Below are positions 24,434-34,600 of a stretch of 64,000 nucleotides of DNA, one piece after another (the stretch's first letter is position 1; the number at the start of each line of letters is the position of its first letter). The notes under the pieces were generated by a model, which worked only from the letters and a program-made list of their open reading frames with translations, had not been told where the DNA came from and made no database searches. The translations under genes and the position numbers were made by a program. This stretch comes from an uncultured Caldilineales bacterium (GTDB lineage Bacteria; Chloroflexota; Anaerolineae; JAAEKA01). The stretch spans positions 1 to 64,000 of the forward strand of contig CALESQ010000079.1 in assembly GCA_937907455.1 (NCBI GenBank). The letters run 5' to 3'.

Positions 24434-25660
24434 ATGTTAGAATCGCAATACAGGTCCCTCATGCCCACCCTTCCCCCCATCCTCTTCTTCACCCCAGACC
24501 CTCCGAATGCGATCTGGCAGGACAAGCCGCAGATCGCGCGGCGGCTGGCGCGGCTGGCTCCGCTGCTGCTGGTGCCGGAGGAGCCGACGCTGCACGGCCA
24601 AACGCCAGGACACGACCAGCTGCGCGCCGCCCTGAGCCGCCAGCCCGACGGCCTCTGGTGGCTGCGCTGGTCGCCGCTGATGCCGCTCACCCCCGCGCCG
24701 CTGCTCGGCTCGTTCAGCGCGACCCTGCGCCTTCGCCGCCTACAACGCGCCCTGCAACGGGTGATCAATGACTTTGCCACAAAGGCACCCACCACCGCCC
24801 GGGCCTCGCAGCGCGACCCCATCCTCTGGTTCTTCCGCCCGGGTCAGCAGCATTGGATCGAACCGCTGCGCCCGCGCCTGGTGATCTACCATGTGGTGGA
24901 TGAGTACAGCGCCTACCCTGGCTTAACGCCTGCACAGGTGCAACGCCAGCGCGAGCTGGACGCGCAGCTCACCAAACGCGCCGATCTGGTGTTCTGCACC
25001 GCGCAAAGTCTGGTGGAGGCGCGCCGCCCCCTCAACCAACACACGTATTACCTGCCCAACGCCGTAGATTTTGCCGCCTTTGCCTCGCCCATCACCAGCG
25101 CGCCCGCATCGCCTGAGGCCGCAGCTTCCCAATCCCCCACCCTCGCCGTAGTGGGCGGCATCAATGCCAAGGTAGATCTGGCCCTGCTGGCCGAACTGGC
25201 CGCGCGCCGTCCGCACTGGCTGATCAAGCTGGCAGGGCCGGTGAATGCCAGTGCCGATGCCGCTGCGCTGGCGCGGCTGCGCAGCTTGCCCAACGTCGTT
25301 TTTGCAGGCACAGCCCCGCCGCACGAAGTGCCGGCCCTGCTGAGCCGCTGTGATGTAGGGCTGATCCCTTATCGCCTCACCGAGCAAACGCGGCACGTCA
25401 ACCCGCTGAAGGTGTACGAGTATCTGGCTGCTGGCCGCGCGGTGGTAGCCACGCCGCTGCCTGAGCTACACCAGTTCCAGCCGTTGGTGCGTCTGGCTGC
25501 TGATGCTGATAGCTTTGTGGCCGCGGTGGAAGCCGCGCTGGCCGAGGCGCACGCCCCGCAGGCCATTGCCGCGCGGCGCGCTGTAGCCGCGACCAACACC
25601 TGGGATCACCGCGTCGCACGCATGACCGAGCTGATTGAGCAACGCCTGGCCGTCGCGTAA
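24434..25660 (+). CDS. Glycosyltransferase family 1 (GT4-type) protein.
   Basis: C-terminal GT1 signature NVVFAGTAPPHEVPALLSRCDVGLIPYR...NPLKVYEYLAAGRAVVATPLPE. Start placed at the internal ATG MLESQ. Confidence 0.7.
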   Translation: MLESQYRSLMPTLPPILFFTPDPPNAIWQDKPQIARRLARLAPLLLVPEEPTLHGQTPGHDQLRAALSRQPDGLWWLRWSPLMPLTPAPLLGSFSATLRLRRLQRALQRVINDFATKAPTTARASQRDPILWFFRPGQQHWIEPLRPRLVIYHVVDEYSAYPGLTPAQVQRQRELDAQLTKRADLVFCTAQSLVEARRPLNQHTYYLPNAVDFAAFASPITSAPASPEAAASQSPTLAVVGGINAKVDLALLAELAARRPHWLIKLAGPVNASADAAALARLRSLPNVVFAGTAPPHEVPALLSRCDVGLIPYRLTEQTRHVNPLKVYEYLAAGRAVVATPLPELHQFQPLVRLAADADSFVAAVEAALAEAHAPQAIAARRAVAATNTWDHRVARMTELIEQRLAVA

Positions 25661-25895
25661 CCTGCCTGGCCCGGCGTGCATCTTAGGGCAGTGAATAGCA
25701 GGTAGTAAGCAGTAACCAGTTCAGAGCCGCAGGCTTCGAGCGTGTGACCTGAAAGGTTTCGATACAGCCGCAGACGGTCACCTCAACCGGCGGAAGCAAG
25801 AACCCGCTTACCCGCCTTCAGCGTACCAATTCCCAATTCTCCATTACTCACTTCTCAATTCTCACTTCCCAATTCTCAAGGAGTTTGATCACCCT

Positions 25896-26336
25896 ATGAA
25901 ACGTCGTTTTAGCCTCATCATGGTAGTGCTGATGCTGACACTTGCCGCGTTGAGCGCCTGCGGCGGCGCGGCTGCCCCGGTCGCGGCCCCTGCCACCGGC
26001 GACACTGCCGCAGCCGCGTCCCTTAATCTGCCCGAGCTGATTGATGTGAAGACAGCCAACAGCCTGCGCGGCAACCCCAATGTCTTTTTTGTTGATGTGC
26101 GCGAGCCAGACGAATACGCTGCCGGCCACATCGCCGAAGCGCAACTGATTCCCCTGGGCCAGTTGGCCTCGCGCCTGAATGAATTGCCCAAGGACAAAAC
26201 TATTGTGGCGGTGTGCCGCAGCGATAACCGCAGCGGGCAGGCTACCCAATACCTGCTGCAACAGGGCTTCAATGTCCACAACATGGATGGCGGCATGAAC
26301 GCCTGGCAAGCCGCTGGGTTTGAGATTGTACGCTAG
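25896..26336 (+). CDS. Rhodanese-domain lipoprotein (sulfurtransferase-like).
   Basis: Signal peptide with lipobox LSAC. Rhodanese motifs FFVDVREPDEYAAGHIAEA and active-site CRSDNRS. RBS AAGGAG. Confidence 0.8.
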   Translation: MKRRFSLIMVVLMLTLAALSACGGAAAPVAAPATGDTAAAASLNLPELIDVKTANSLRGNPNVFFVDVREPDEYAAGHIAEAQLIPLGQLASRLNELPKDKTIVAVCRSDNRSGQATQYLLQQGFNVHNMDGGMNAWQAAGFEIVR

Positions 26337-26370
26337 CAGCGACACAAGAGCCGCAAAAGCCGCTCTAAAT

Positions 26371-26406
26371 AAAAAGCCGGAAACGACTACGTTTCCGGCT
26401 TTTTAT
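26371..26406. terminator. Bidirectional rho-independent terminator between convergent genes.
   Basis: AAAAAGCCGGAAACgactacGTTTCCGGCTTTTTATTT: a perfect 10-bp stem flanked by an A-run and a T-run. Confidence 0.85.
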
Positions 26407-26435
26407 TTAGCACAACGATGAAGTTCAGACGCTGC

Positions 26436-27119
26436 CTACAGCACATCCTCCAGGCCCGATTTTGCCCTGTCAGCAACCTCTTCAGCCGTGGATTTGGCGT
26501 CGTCTGCGGCGTTTTTAGCTTTGTCGGCCAGCTTGTCGGCGCTGTCGTGCAGCGAATCGCCCGCATCGGCCAGACCTGATTTGGCGTCTTTCACTCCGCT
26601 TCGCGCCTCTTTTTTGAAGTCACGGGCGGCATCTTTCAGGCTGTCACGCGCATCCCTGGCCTTGTCCTGCACTGCCTCGGCAGCGCTGCCGGCCTTGCCT
26701 TTGGCGCTACCGGCGGCATCTTTCAGGCTGTCGCGTGCCTCTTTAGCCTTGTCCTGCACTGCTTCGGCAGCACTGCCCGCCTTGCCCTTCACAGCATCAG
26801 CAGCCTCTTTTGCTGCCTGCCTGATCTCTTCAGCCTGGCGAGCGGCGTCTTTTGAGGCGCTGCGCATGTCTTTGGCGAACTGTTGCGCCTGCTGCGCCGA
26901 AGCTTGAGCCTGCTGCCGTGCTTCAGGACTGTAGGTATAGGCCGGTGCAGGCTGCCATGTGGCCGCGCTGCTGCCAGACTGACCACCCAAACGATTGCTC
27001 ACTTGCAGCCATGCAGCACGGCCTGATTGCGGTGTGCGCAGCAGGGTATACACACCTGCACCCGCAGCACCGATTAAAAATCCTAAGGTAAACGCGCCGG
27101 ATCCTCGTTTTTCACTCAT
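26436..27119 (-). CDS. YtxH-like / LEA-like stress protein with an N-terminal TM helix and KDAA-type repeats.
   Basis: GFLIGAAGAGVYTLL TM helix followed by low-complexity repeats; contains an in-frame tandem duplication. Confidence 0.6.
   Translation of the reverse strand: MSEKRGSGAFTLGFLIGAAGAGVYTLLRTPQSGRAAWLQVSNRLGGQSGSSAATWQPAPAYTYSPEARQQAQASAQQAQQFAKDMRSASKDAARQAEEIRQAAKEAADAVKGKAGSAAEAVQDKAKEARDSLKDAAGSAKGKAGSAAEAVQDKARDARDSLKDAARDFKKEARSGVKDAKSGLADAGDSLHDSADKLADKAKNAADDAKSTAEEVADRAKSGLEDVL
26640..26795. repeat. In-frame tandem duplication of about 78 bp inside the YtxH-like gene.
   Basis: ggcatctttcaggctgtc(a/g)cg(c/t)gc...gtcctgcactgc(c/t)tcggcagc(g/a)ctgcc(g/c)gccttgcc occurs twice in tandem. 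The protein segment AVKGKAGSAAEAVQDKA(K/R)(E/D)ARDSLKDAA is repeated. Confidence 0.8.
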
Positions 27120-27130
27120 AGTCAGTCTCC

Positions 27131-27604
27131 TTACAGATCAGAATAGGGATCAGCGGGCGGCCAAACGGGAGGGCGCTGCCCGGAGGTGTTCCCGCGGCTT
27201 TGCCGCGCCGGGTTGAGAATAGTGTCCATGACAAAGCGTAGCGAGCCTTTCACGCCCGCGGCCTTGGCCGAAACATCAATAATGGGGTTGGTTACCTCTT
27301 CACCCACAAAGCCGGCCGTGCCGCGCACCGTGCTGCTGGTTTGTTGCAGGTTATCCATCACCGGCTTCAGCGCGCCCAGCAGAAAATCAACCAGCCGAAT
27401 CACCTGCCACAGCATGATGATCACAAAAATGTTCATCAGCATCAGCACCGAAGCCAGAATGATAATGGACAGGTTGCTGGCAACCGCGGTAAAATGAGGG
27501 TGGGTGAACAAAAACCATACCAGCAGCACCACCAGGGCGATCAGCACCACAGCCACCACAGCGATCAAAGCCTTGCGTTTAGGAGTAAGGAATTTATCAG
27601 GCAT
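27131..27604 (-). CDS. DUF948-like membrane protein, the usual partner of a YtxH-type protein.
   Basis: Start at the internal ATG MPDKFLTPKRK. Single TM helix (ALIAVVAVVLIALVVLLVWFLF), then a helical domain. Gene order matches the ytxG/ytxH pair. Confidence 0.5.
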   Translation of the reverse strand: MPDKFLTPKRKALIAVVAVVLIALVVLLVWFLFTHPHFTAVASNLSIIILASVLMLMNIFVIIMLWQVIRLVDFLLGALKPVMDNLQQTSSTVRGTAGFVGEEVTNPIIDVSAKAAGVKGSLRFVMDTILNPARQSRGNTSGQRPPVWPPADPYSDL

Positions 27605-27792
27605 ACACTTGCTCTTTCTTGAAGCACTTGGGCACAACAGTTGCCCCAGCGATTGTAACATAAAACAAAGGAACCAGCAACGATCACTACCCATCCGGCG
27701 TGATTTGTGTTATAATCCCGCCCATCGGTGCAGCCCTGCGCTGCTTGAAACCCGCCGACCCGTCAGGTTGGCGCTTGTTGCGGAAGGTAGCC

Positions 27793-30360
27793 ATGACACT
27801 CACTGAACGACTCGGCTCGTTTTATCTGGGTAAAGAATATGATCTCGTCGCCGGCACGTTGAGCGAAACGCCGGTGATGTACGACGCCCGCGACCTGACC
27901 ACCCATGCGGTCTGCGTGGGGATGACCGGCAGCGGCAAAACCGGACTGTGCATTGATCTGATGGAGGAAGCAGCAATAGATCAAGTGCCCATGATCATCA
28001 TTGATCCCAAGGGCGACATCACCAACTTGCTGCTAACCTTCCCCGAGCTGCTGCCGGCTGACTTCCAGCCCTGGGTGAACGTAGACGACGCCCGGCGCAA
28101 GGATATGACTGTAGAGCAGTATGCCGCCAACCAGGCTGAAACCTGGGCCAAAGGGCTGGCAAGCTGGGAACAAGGTCCCGAACGCATCCGTCTGTTAAAG
28201 GAAAGCTGCGACTTCGTCATCTACACACCCGGCTCCGATTCCGGCGTGCCGGTGAGCATTCTCAGTTCCTTTGCCGCCCCCGCTCTCAGTTGGGATGATG
28301 AACAGGAAGCCCTGCGCGAACGCATCAGCGGCACGGTGAGCGCGCTGCTGGGCCTGATCGGCGTCGAAGCTGACCCCGTGCGCAGCCGCGAGCATATTCT
28401 GCTGGCCACGTTGTTCGAGCATTACTGGCGCAACGGCCAAACCCTCGACCTGGCTACGCTGATCACCGCCATCCAAAACCCGCCCGTGCGTCAGCTTGGT
28501 GTGTTCGACATTGACACCTTCTACCCGCAACGTGAGCGGTTCAACCTGGCTATGGCACTTAACAACATCATCGCCGCACCCTCCTTTGCCAGTTGGATTC
28601 AGGGCGTGCCGCTCAACATTGACCAAATGCTCTATGGCGGCGATGCCAAGCCCAACGTCAGCATTTTCTACATTGCCCACCTTAGCGATGCCGAGCGCAT
28701 GTTCTTCGTCACCCTGCTGCTTGAGCAGGTGATCACCTGGATGCGGGCCCAAGGCGGCACTACCAGCCTGCGCGCCCTCGTCTACATGGATGAGGTATTC
28801 GGTTTCTTCCCACCCTCCAGCAATCCGCCCAGCAAGCGCCCCATGCTCACATTGATGAAACAGGCACGCGCCTTTGGGCTGGGGGTGATGCTCACCACAC
28901 AAAACCCGGTAGATCTGGACTACAAAGGGCTAACCAACGCCGGAACCTGGTTCATCGGCAAGCTACAGGCCGACCGCGACAAACAGCGCCTGCTGGATGG
29001 CCTGGAAGGGTTGGAAGGCAGCAATCGCCCCAGCCGCCAGCAACTGGACAAGATCATTTCGGCGCTGGGCAGCCGCGTGTTTCTGATGCACAACATCAAC
29101 CAGAAGCAGCCGGTGGTCTATCAAACGCGCTGGGCAATGAGCTATCTGCGCGGGCCGCTGACGCGCAGCCAGGTGCGCGGCTTGATGCAGACGCAGCGCA
29201 GCCAGCTGCAAGGGCAGGTCACCGCGGCAGTCGCACCGCCTGCGCCAGCGTCTGGCAGCGTGCCCCAGGCCGCGCCCGCAGTCGTGGCCCCCGCAGCCAG
29301 CGCGCCCAGCGTCTTGCCTGCAATTGCCTCCATGCCCCCGGCGTTGCCGCCCGATGTGCCGCAGGTATATCTGCCGGTGCAGCGCACGGTGCATCAGGCT
29401 CTGAGCGACCTGGAACAGCGTCTGCAAACGCGCGTAGAGGTATCCAGTTACCAACTGCGCTACGATGCCCGCCTGCTGGGCATGGGCAGCATTGCTTTTG
29501 TAGATGACCGCCGCGGCCTGCGCGAGCAACAAACGGTTTCCTTGCTGCTGCCCGGCCCCGACAATGCCGCGTTGGTGCGCTGGGATCAAGCAGCCTCAAT
29601 ACAGCTTGAGGCAAGCGATCTGACTGCCCAGGCGCAGGCTGATGCGCAGTTCAGCGAAGTACCGGCCACCATCAACAGCGCCCGAAAGCTCAAAACGCTG
29701 TCCAGCGACCTGCAAAACTATCTGTACAACAACTCCAGCTATTCGTTGTGGTACAGCCCGGCGCTAAAAGCCTATGCCCAGCCCGGCGAGGATGAGCGCA
29801 GCTTTAGAATTCGCTTGCAGCAATTGGCGCGCGAACAACGCGACGCCGAAGTAGACAAGCTGCGAGCGAAATACGAAAAGCAGGTGGAAACGCTGGAAAC
29901 CCGCCTGCGCCGCGCCCAGATCGAACTGGAAAAGGATGAAGCAGCCTACAGCGCACGCAAACAGCAGGAAATGCTCTCTGCAGGTGGATCGCTGCTCAGC
30001 CTGTTTGGCGGACGCAAGCGCGTCACCACGGCGCTCAGCTCGGCATCGCAAAAGCGCCAAATGACCGAACGCGCCAAGCGCGAGATTCAGCAAAGCCAGG
30101 ACACCATCAGCACGCTCAGCAGCGATATCGGGCAACTGCGTGCCGAGTTGGATGAGCAGAGCCGCACTATCACCGATCAATGGAATACGGCTATAACCAA
30201 TATTGAACAATCCCCCGTGCGCCCCCGCAAAAGCGATGTCGGTATTCAGCAAATGGCAGTAGCCTGGACGCCGCAATGGTTGATTACCTTCCGCGACGCT
30301 GGCGGGCACGCGCGCACAGAAGTTGTGAGTGCCCTACAGAATGACAACCCTAACCGCTAA
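27793..30360 (+). CDS. HerA/FtsK-like P-loop ATPase (DUF87/DUF853-type) with a C-terminal coiled-coil region.
   Basis: Walker A GMTGSGKTGL and Walker B LVYMDEVFGFF; C-terminal REQRDAEVDKLRAKYEKQVETLE coiled coil. Start at the internal ATG MTLTERL, with RBS GGAAGG. Confidence 0.65.
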   Translation: MTLTERLGSFYLGKEYDLVAGTLSETPVMYDARDLTTHAVCVGMTGSGKTGLCIDLMEEAAIDQVPMIIIDPKGDITNLLLTFPELLPADFQPWVNVDDARRKDMTVEQYAANQAETWAKGLASWEQGPERIRLLKESCDFVIYTPGSDSGVPVSILSSFAAPALSWDDEQEALRERISGTVSALLGLIGVEADPVRSREHILLATLFEHYWRNGQTLDLATLITAIQNPPVRQLGVFDIDTFYPQRERFNLAMALNNIIAAPSFASWIQGVPLNIDQMLYGGDAKPNVSIFYIAHLSDAERMFFVTLLLEQVITWMRAQGGTTSLRALVYMDEVFGFFPPSSNPPSKRPMLTLMKQARAFGLGVMLTTQNPVDLDYKGLTNAGTWFIGKLQADRDKQRLLDGLEGLEGSNRPSRQQLDKIISALGSRVFLMHNINQKQPVVYQTRWAMSYLRGPLTRSQVRGLMQTQRSQLQGQVTAAVAPPAPASGSVPQAAPAVVAPAASAPSVLPAIASMPPALPPDVPQVYLPVQRTVHQALSDLEQRLQTRVEVSSYQLRYDARLLGMGSIAFVDDRRGLREQQTVSLLLPGPDNAALVRWDQAASIQLEASDLTAQAQADAQFSEVPATINSARKLKTLSSDLQNYLYNNSSYSLWYSPALKAYAQPGEDERSFRIRLQQLAREQRDAEVDKLRAKYEKQVETLETRLRRAQIELEKDEAAYSARKQQEMLSAGGSLLSLFGGRKRVTTALSSASQKRQMTERAKREIQQSQDTISTLSSDIGQLRAELDEQSRTITDQWNTAITNIEQSPVRPRKSDVGIQQMAVAWTPQWLITFRDAGGHARTEVVSALQNDNPNR

Positions 30361-32305
30361 CACCCCCCCTGTTGCCCCGCCGCGCCGTGCAGTCGGCAAA
30401 CCGCGCCGCTCGCCGCTGCGCATCCTGCTGGCTCTGCTGGCGGTTCTGGTCTTTCTCGCCGCGCTGGCCGCCATCGGCGGAATCGTCTGGTATCAAACCA
30501 CCTATGCCAACCGCATTTTCCCCGGCGTATCGGTGCGCGGTATTGATCTGAGCGGCCTGACGCTGCCCGCAGCGCAGCAAACGCTCTCCACTGCGTTCGA
30601 TCCCTACCCCCTGGCGCCGGTGACGGTGCAGTACGGCGACCAACGTTGGACGCTCAGCACCAAAGACCTGGGAGTCAACTTCGATGCCGACAGCGCCGCG
30701 GCCGCGGCACTGCGGGTGGGCCGTAAGCCCATCACCGGCCCGGGCGTGCTGGTGCAGGCCGCGCAGCTTCAGGCCAACCTGCAAGAGCAGCTCGCGGCCT
30801 ATCGCTTTAGTCACGATGTGCTGGCCGACGAAGCCATTGACCGCTCTGCCGGTCTGAATTGGCTGGAGCAGCGCGCTCAGGAGATCAACCGTCCCACTGC
30901 CGAGGCCACGCTGCGCATCAACGGCTTGCAGGTCAGCTCAACCCCCAGCCAAACCGGCTATGCGTTGGATGTAGCTGCCAGTCTGGAGCAGATCTACACG
31001 GCGCTGGTGGCGAACCGGGGCGAAACCGTTGCGCTGACCGTGCGCACCACGCCGCCGCTGCTGGCCGAAGTGACCCAAGCCGAGGTGTTTGTGCGCCAGG
31101 CGCTGGCCGGGCCTGTGGTGCTGGTGGCCGACACCCCCGATATTGACGCCGGCGCACCGCCGCCCAGCTACACGGTTTCGGCAGACGATCTGGCACAATT
31201 GGTAAGCACCAAACTGTCCGCTCAGGCTGATGGCACGCTGCAAATGATTGCCCAGTTCGATGAAGAGCCACTGCGCGCCCGCGTAGCTGGCTGGGCTGCT
31301 GAGCTGGCGCGCGAGCCGCGCAATGCCACAGTGAACTTCAATCCACTGAACTATGTCATCAGTGTGGCGACGCCCAGCCAAACCGGGCGTATTCTGGATG
31401 TAGACGCCACGCTGGCGGCAATCCGCAGCGGCACACTCAGCCCGGTACGCCAGGTCACCCTGCCGCTAACGCTGATCGAACCCTCGGTCAACTCGCACAA
31501 GATCAACGAAATGGGCATTCGGGAGCTGGTAGCCGAAGGTTCCTCCACCTTCCGTGGCTCCAGCCCAGAGCGAATGCACAACATTGCCACCGCAGCAGCC
31601 GCAGTAGATAACGCCGTGGTAGCACCCGGTGAGGTATTCTCCTTCAACCAAACCATTGGTGATGTCAGCAAAGAATACGGCTATCAGGATGCATTGGTGA
31701 TCTGGGGTGACCGCACGGCAATCGGAATAGGGGGCGGCGTGTGTCAGGTAAGCACCACCGTGTTCCGCGCGGCTTTTTATGGCGGCTTTCCGATTGTAGA
31801 ACGCTGGAACCACGGCTATGTGGTAAGCTGGTACGGCACGCCCGGCCTGGATGCCACCATCTACACCCCAAGTGTGGACTTCAGGTTCCGCAACACCACC
31901 AACCACCACCTGATCATCAAGTCAGAGATGAACGCAGCCAAAGGCACGCTTGCCTTCAAATTCTACGGCACGAAACCTGCGTGGACAGTAAGTGTCACCG
32001 GCCCGGAAATCCTGAAAGAGATTCCGGCTCCGCCCGCGGTGTATGAAACTGATCTTACCCTGGCTGCCGGTCAGGTCAAACAGGTGGAATGGTCAAGCAA
32101 CGGCATGGATGTGATCTGGCGGCGGGTGATTCGCGACACCCAGGGGCAAGTGATCTCCAGCGAGGCGCTGAGCAGCAGCTACACCCCGTGGGCCGCCCAT
32201 TACCTGATCGGCCCGCAGCCGGTTTCGCAGGAAAGCAGTGGCGAAGGCAGCGGTGAAGGCGAGGCCGCTCCTGATCCTGCGGAAAGTCCTACGCCGTCAC
32301 CGTAA
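30329..32305 (+). CDS. VanW-family protein with an N-terminal TM anchor.
   Basis: VanW core GEVFSFNQTIGDVSKEYGYQDALVIWGDRTAIGIGGGVCQVSTTVFRAAFYGGFPIVERWNH. TM helix LRILLALLAVLVFLAALAAIGGIVWY. Confidence 0.7.
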   Translation: MPYRMTTLTANTPPVAPPRRAVGKPRRSPLRILLALLAVLVFLAALAAIGGIVWYQTTYANRIFPGVSVRGIDLSGLTLPAAQQTLSTAFDPYPLAPVTVQYGDQRWTLSTKDLGVNFDADSAAAAALRVGRKPITGPGVLVQAAQLQANLQEQLAAYRFSHDVLADEAIDRSAGLNWLEQRAQEINRPTAEATLRINGLQVSSTPSQTGYALDVAASLEQIYTALVANRGETVALTVRTTPPLLAEVTQAEVFVRQALAGPVVLVADTPDIDAGAPPPSYTVSADDLAQLVSTKLSAQADGTLQMIAQFDEEPLRARVAGWAAELAREPRNATVNFNPLNYVISVATPSQTGRILDVDATLAAIRSGTLSPVRQVTLPLTLIEPSVNSHKINEMGIRELVAEGSSTFRGSSPERMHNIATAAAAVDNAVVAPGEVFSFNQTIGDVSKEYGYQDALVIWGDRTAIGIGGGVCQVSTTVFRAAFYGGFPIVERWNHGYVVSWYGTPGLDATIYTPSVDFRFRNTTNHHLIIKSEMNAAKGTLAFKFYGTKPAWTVSVTGPEILKEIPAPPAVYETDLTLAAGQVKQVEWSSNGMDVIWRRVIRDTQGQVISSEALSSSYTPWAAHYLIGPQPVSQESSGEGSGEGEAAPDPAESPTPSP

Positions 32306-32415
32306 GGCATAGGGCAACACCTTGTCTGGCGCAGAATTGAACACCCTTAAAAAAGCCCGCGGCTTGGCTAAACCAGACCGCGAGCTATGTTATCTCAACC
32401 TTTTACCCAGTGTGG

Positions 32416-32826
32416 TTACTGCGCTCCCAGCCAAAGCAACGCTGGGATGATGATCTCGCTGCCGGTGGAAGCAGAGCGATCCACGATAAAAACCAACCAC
32501 AGGCACACCAGCGCGTAGATAACGTTGTCGCTGCGTGTGCCTTTGCCGCCGGTGTAGAGATAGGCCGCAGGCAAGGACAGCAGCACCGTGGCACCGTATA
32601 GCGCGTGGACAATGGGCCGGGCCAGTGCGTTCCAGTGAGACAGTCCCACCAGGCCGCCCACAATGACCTGCGCCACCATCAGCACCTGCAACAGCACCAG
32701 GCCGCCCCAATAGCTGCCGGTGACAGGCTGCTTGCGCAGGAAATTCAGCAGCCCCCAGGCCACACAAATAGCGCTAAACAGCAACGACGCGGTGGAAAGA
32801 CGGGCGTGGATAAACGTTAACGACAT
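32416..32826 (-). CDS. Hypothetical 4-TM membrane protein.
   Basis: Hydrophobicity pattern only. Start at the internal ATG MSLTFIH. Confidence 0.4.
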   Translation of the reverse strand: MSLTFIHARLSTASLLFSAICVAWGLLNFLRKQPVTGSYWGGLVLLQVLMVAQVIVGGLVGLSHWNALARPIVHALYGATVLLSLPAAYLYTGGKGTRSDNVIYALVCLWLVFIVDRSASTGSEIIIPALLWLGAQ

Positions 32827-33016
32827 GGTTAATTCCTTGTCCAAACAAGATCAGCGCCATGAGTGTTTGAAAGGCTCATGGTGCTATGAGTCTAACCCGA
32901 GGAGGAAGGGCTGTCAAGTTGCGAAGGCCGGTGCATTTGCCTGTGTCGCGCATCTGCGTTAAGATAGTGCATTGTTTGAACCCGTTCCTGTCTGCACAAC
33001 TTACTTGGAGGCCCTC

Positions 33017-34579
33017 ATGCTCAATCTGGCGATGTTGCTGGAATCCAGCACCCAATCTGCTCCCGGCCACACGGCGGTGATCTTCAACGAGACGCGGCTG
33101 AACTATGCTCAACTCAACGGCGCGGCCAACCAACTGGCTAACGGCCTGCGCAAACTGGGTGTTCAGCGCGGGGACAAGGTGGCCTTGTCGTGTCCCAACC
33201 TGCCCTTCTTCCCCATTGCCTACTATGCCATTCTGAAAACAGGGGCTACGGTGGTGCCTTTCAACGTCCTGTTCAAGGGCCGCGAGATCGCCTATCACCT
33301 GCAAGACAGCGATGCCGTGGCGATGATTGCCTTTCAGGGCACGCCCGACCTGCCCATTGCGCAGATGGCGTTGGAGGGCTTTCAGCAAGCGCCATCCTGC
33401 CGACATTTGATCATTGCCACGGTGGATCCGGCAGCCGCGCCGCCGGTAGAGGGCGAAGGCGTGACCACCATGGGGCGGGTAATGGCAGGACAGCCGCCGG
33501 TGTTTGATACCGCACAAACCATGCCTGATGAAACCGCGGTGATCCTCTACACCTCAGGCACTACGGGCAGTCCCAAGGGCGCAGAGTTGACACACGCCAA
33601 CATGGTGATGAACGCAATGGCTACGCGCGACATGATCGCCTTCAACGCCGACGACGTGGCTTTGGCTGTGTTGCCCTTGTTCCACTCTTTCGGTCAAACG
33701 GTGATCATGAACACCGCGTTTGCCTCAGGCGCGACCATCACCCTGCTGCCGCGCTTCGCGCCTGATGCAGCATTGGGCATTTTGCAGCGCGACCGCGTCA
33801 CCATCTTTGCAGCCGTGCCCACCATGTATTGGGCGCTGATGAGCTATCCCGATGCCGACAAGTTCGACCTGGCCCAGATCAAAGACACGTTGCGCGTGGC
33901 AGTCAGTGGCGGCTCGGCTTTACCGCTGGAGGTGATTAAGGGCTTCGAGGGCAAGTTCGAAGTGCCGATTCTGGAAGGCTATGGCCTGAGCGAAACCTCA
34001 CCGGTGGCCTGCTTCAACCAGTTGACCCGTGAGCGCAAGCCCGGCTCCATCGGTCACCCCATTTGGCTGACCCAAATGCGCATCGTGACTCCGGACGATG
34101 CCGCACATACTCCATTGCCCGCCGGTGAAGTAGGCGAAGTGATTATTCGCGGCCATCAGTTGATGAAGGGCTATTACAAAAAGCCACAAGCTACAGCCGA
34201 TGCAATCCGCGACGACTGGTTCCACAGCGGCGACATGGGCAAAACCGATGAAGATGGCTATTTCTACATCGTAGACCGCCTGAAGGAAATGATCATCCGC
34301 GGCGGTTTCAATGTCTACCCGCGCGAGCTGGAAGAGTATCTGATGACACATCCCAAGGTGTCGCTGGTAGCGGTAAAGGGCGTGCCGGATGCCAAGCTGG
34401 GCGAAGAAGTGAAGGCATTTATCGTACTCAAACCGGGCCAATCGGCCACGGTAGATGAGATCATGGAATTTGCCAAAGAAGGCTTGGCGGCTTATAAATA
34501 TCCGCGCTACATCGAATTTCGTACCGCCTTGCCGATGACCGCCACCGGCAAAATCCTCAAGCGCGAGCTGGAAGATTAA
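33017..34579 (+). CDS. AMP-dependent acyl-CoA synthetase/ligase (long-chain fatty acid-CoA ligase-like).
   Basis: LYTSGTTGSPKGAELTH (AMP-binding motif), GYGLSETSP, GDMGKTDEDGYFYIVDRLKEMIIRGGFNVYPRELEE. Confidence 0.85.
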   Translation: MLNLAMLLESSTQSAPGHTAVIFNETRLNYAQLNGAANQLANGLRKLGVQRGDKVALSCPNLPFFPIAYYAILKTGATVVPFNVLFKGREIAYHLQDSDAVAMIAFQGTPDLPIAQMALEGFQQAPSCRHLIIATVDPAAAPPVEGEGVTTMGRVMAGQPPVFDTAQTMPDETAVILYTSGTTGSPKGAELTHANMVMNAMATRDMIAFNADDVALAVLPLFHSFGQTVIMNTAFASGATITLLPRFAPDAALGILQRDRVTIFAAVPTMYWALMSYPDADKFDLAQIKDTLRVAVSGGSALPLEVIKGFEGKFEVPILEGYGLSETSPVACFNQLTRERKPGSIGHPIWLTQMRIVTPDDAAHTPLPAGEVGEVIIRGHQLMKGYYKKPQATADAIRDDWFHSGDMGKTDEDGYFYIVDRLKEMIIRGGFNVYPRELEEYLMTHPKVSLVAVKGVPDAKLGEEVKAFIVLKPGQSATVDEIMEFAKEGLAAYKYPRYIEFRTALPMTATGKILKRELED

Positions 34580-34600
34580 AGTTTCAAGATTTAAGGGGCT

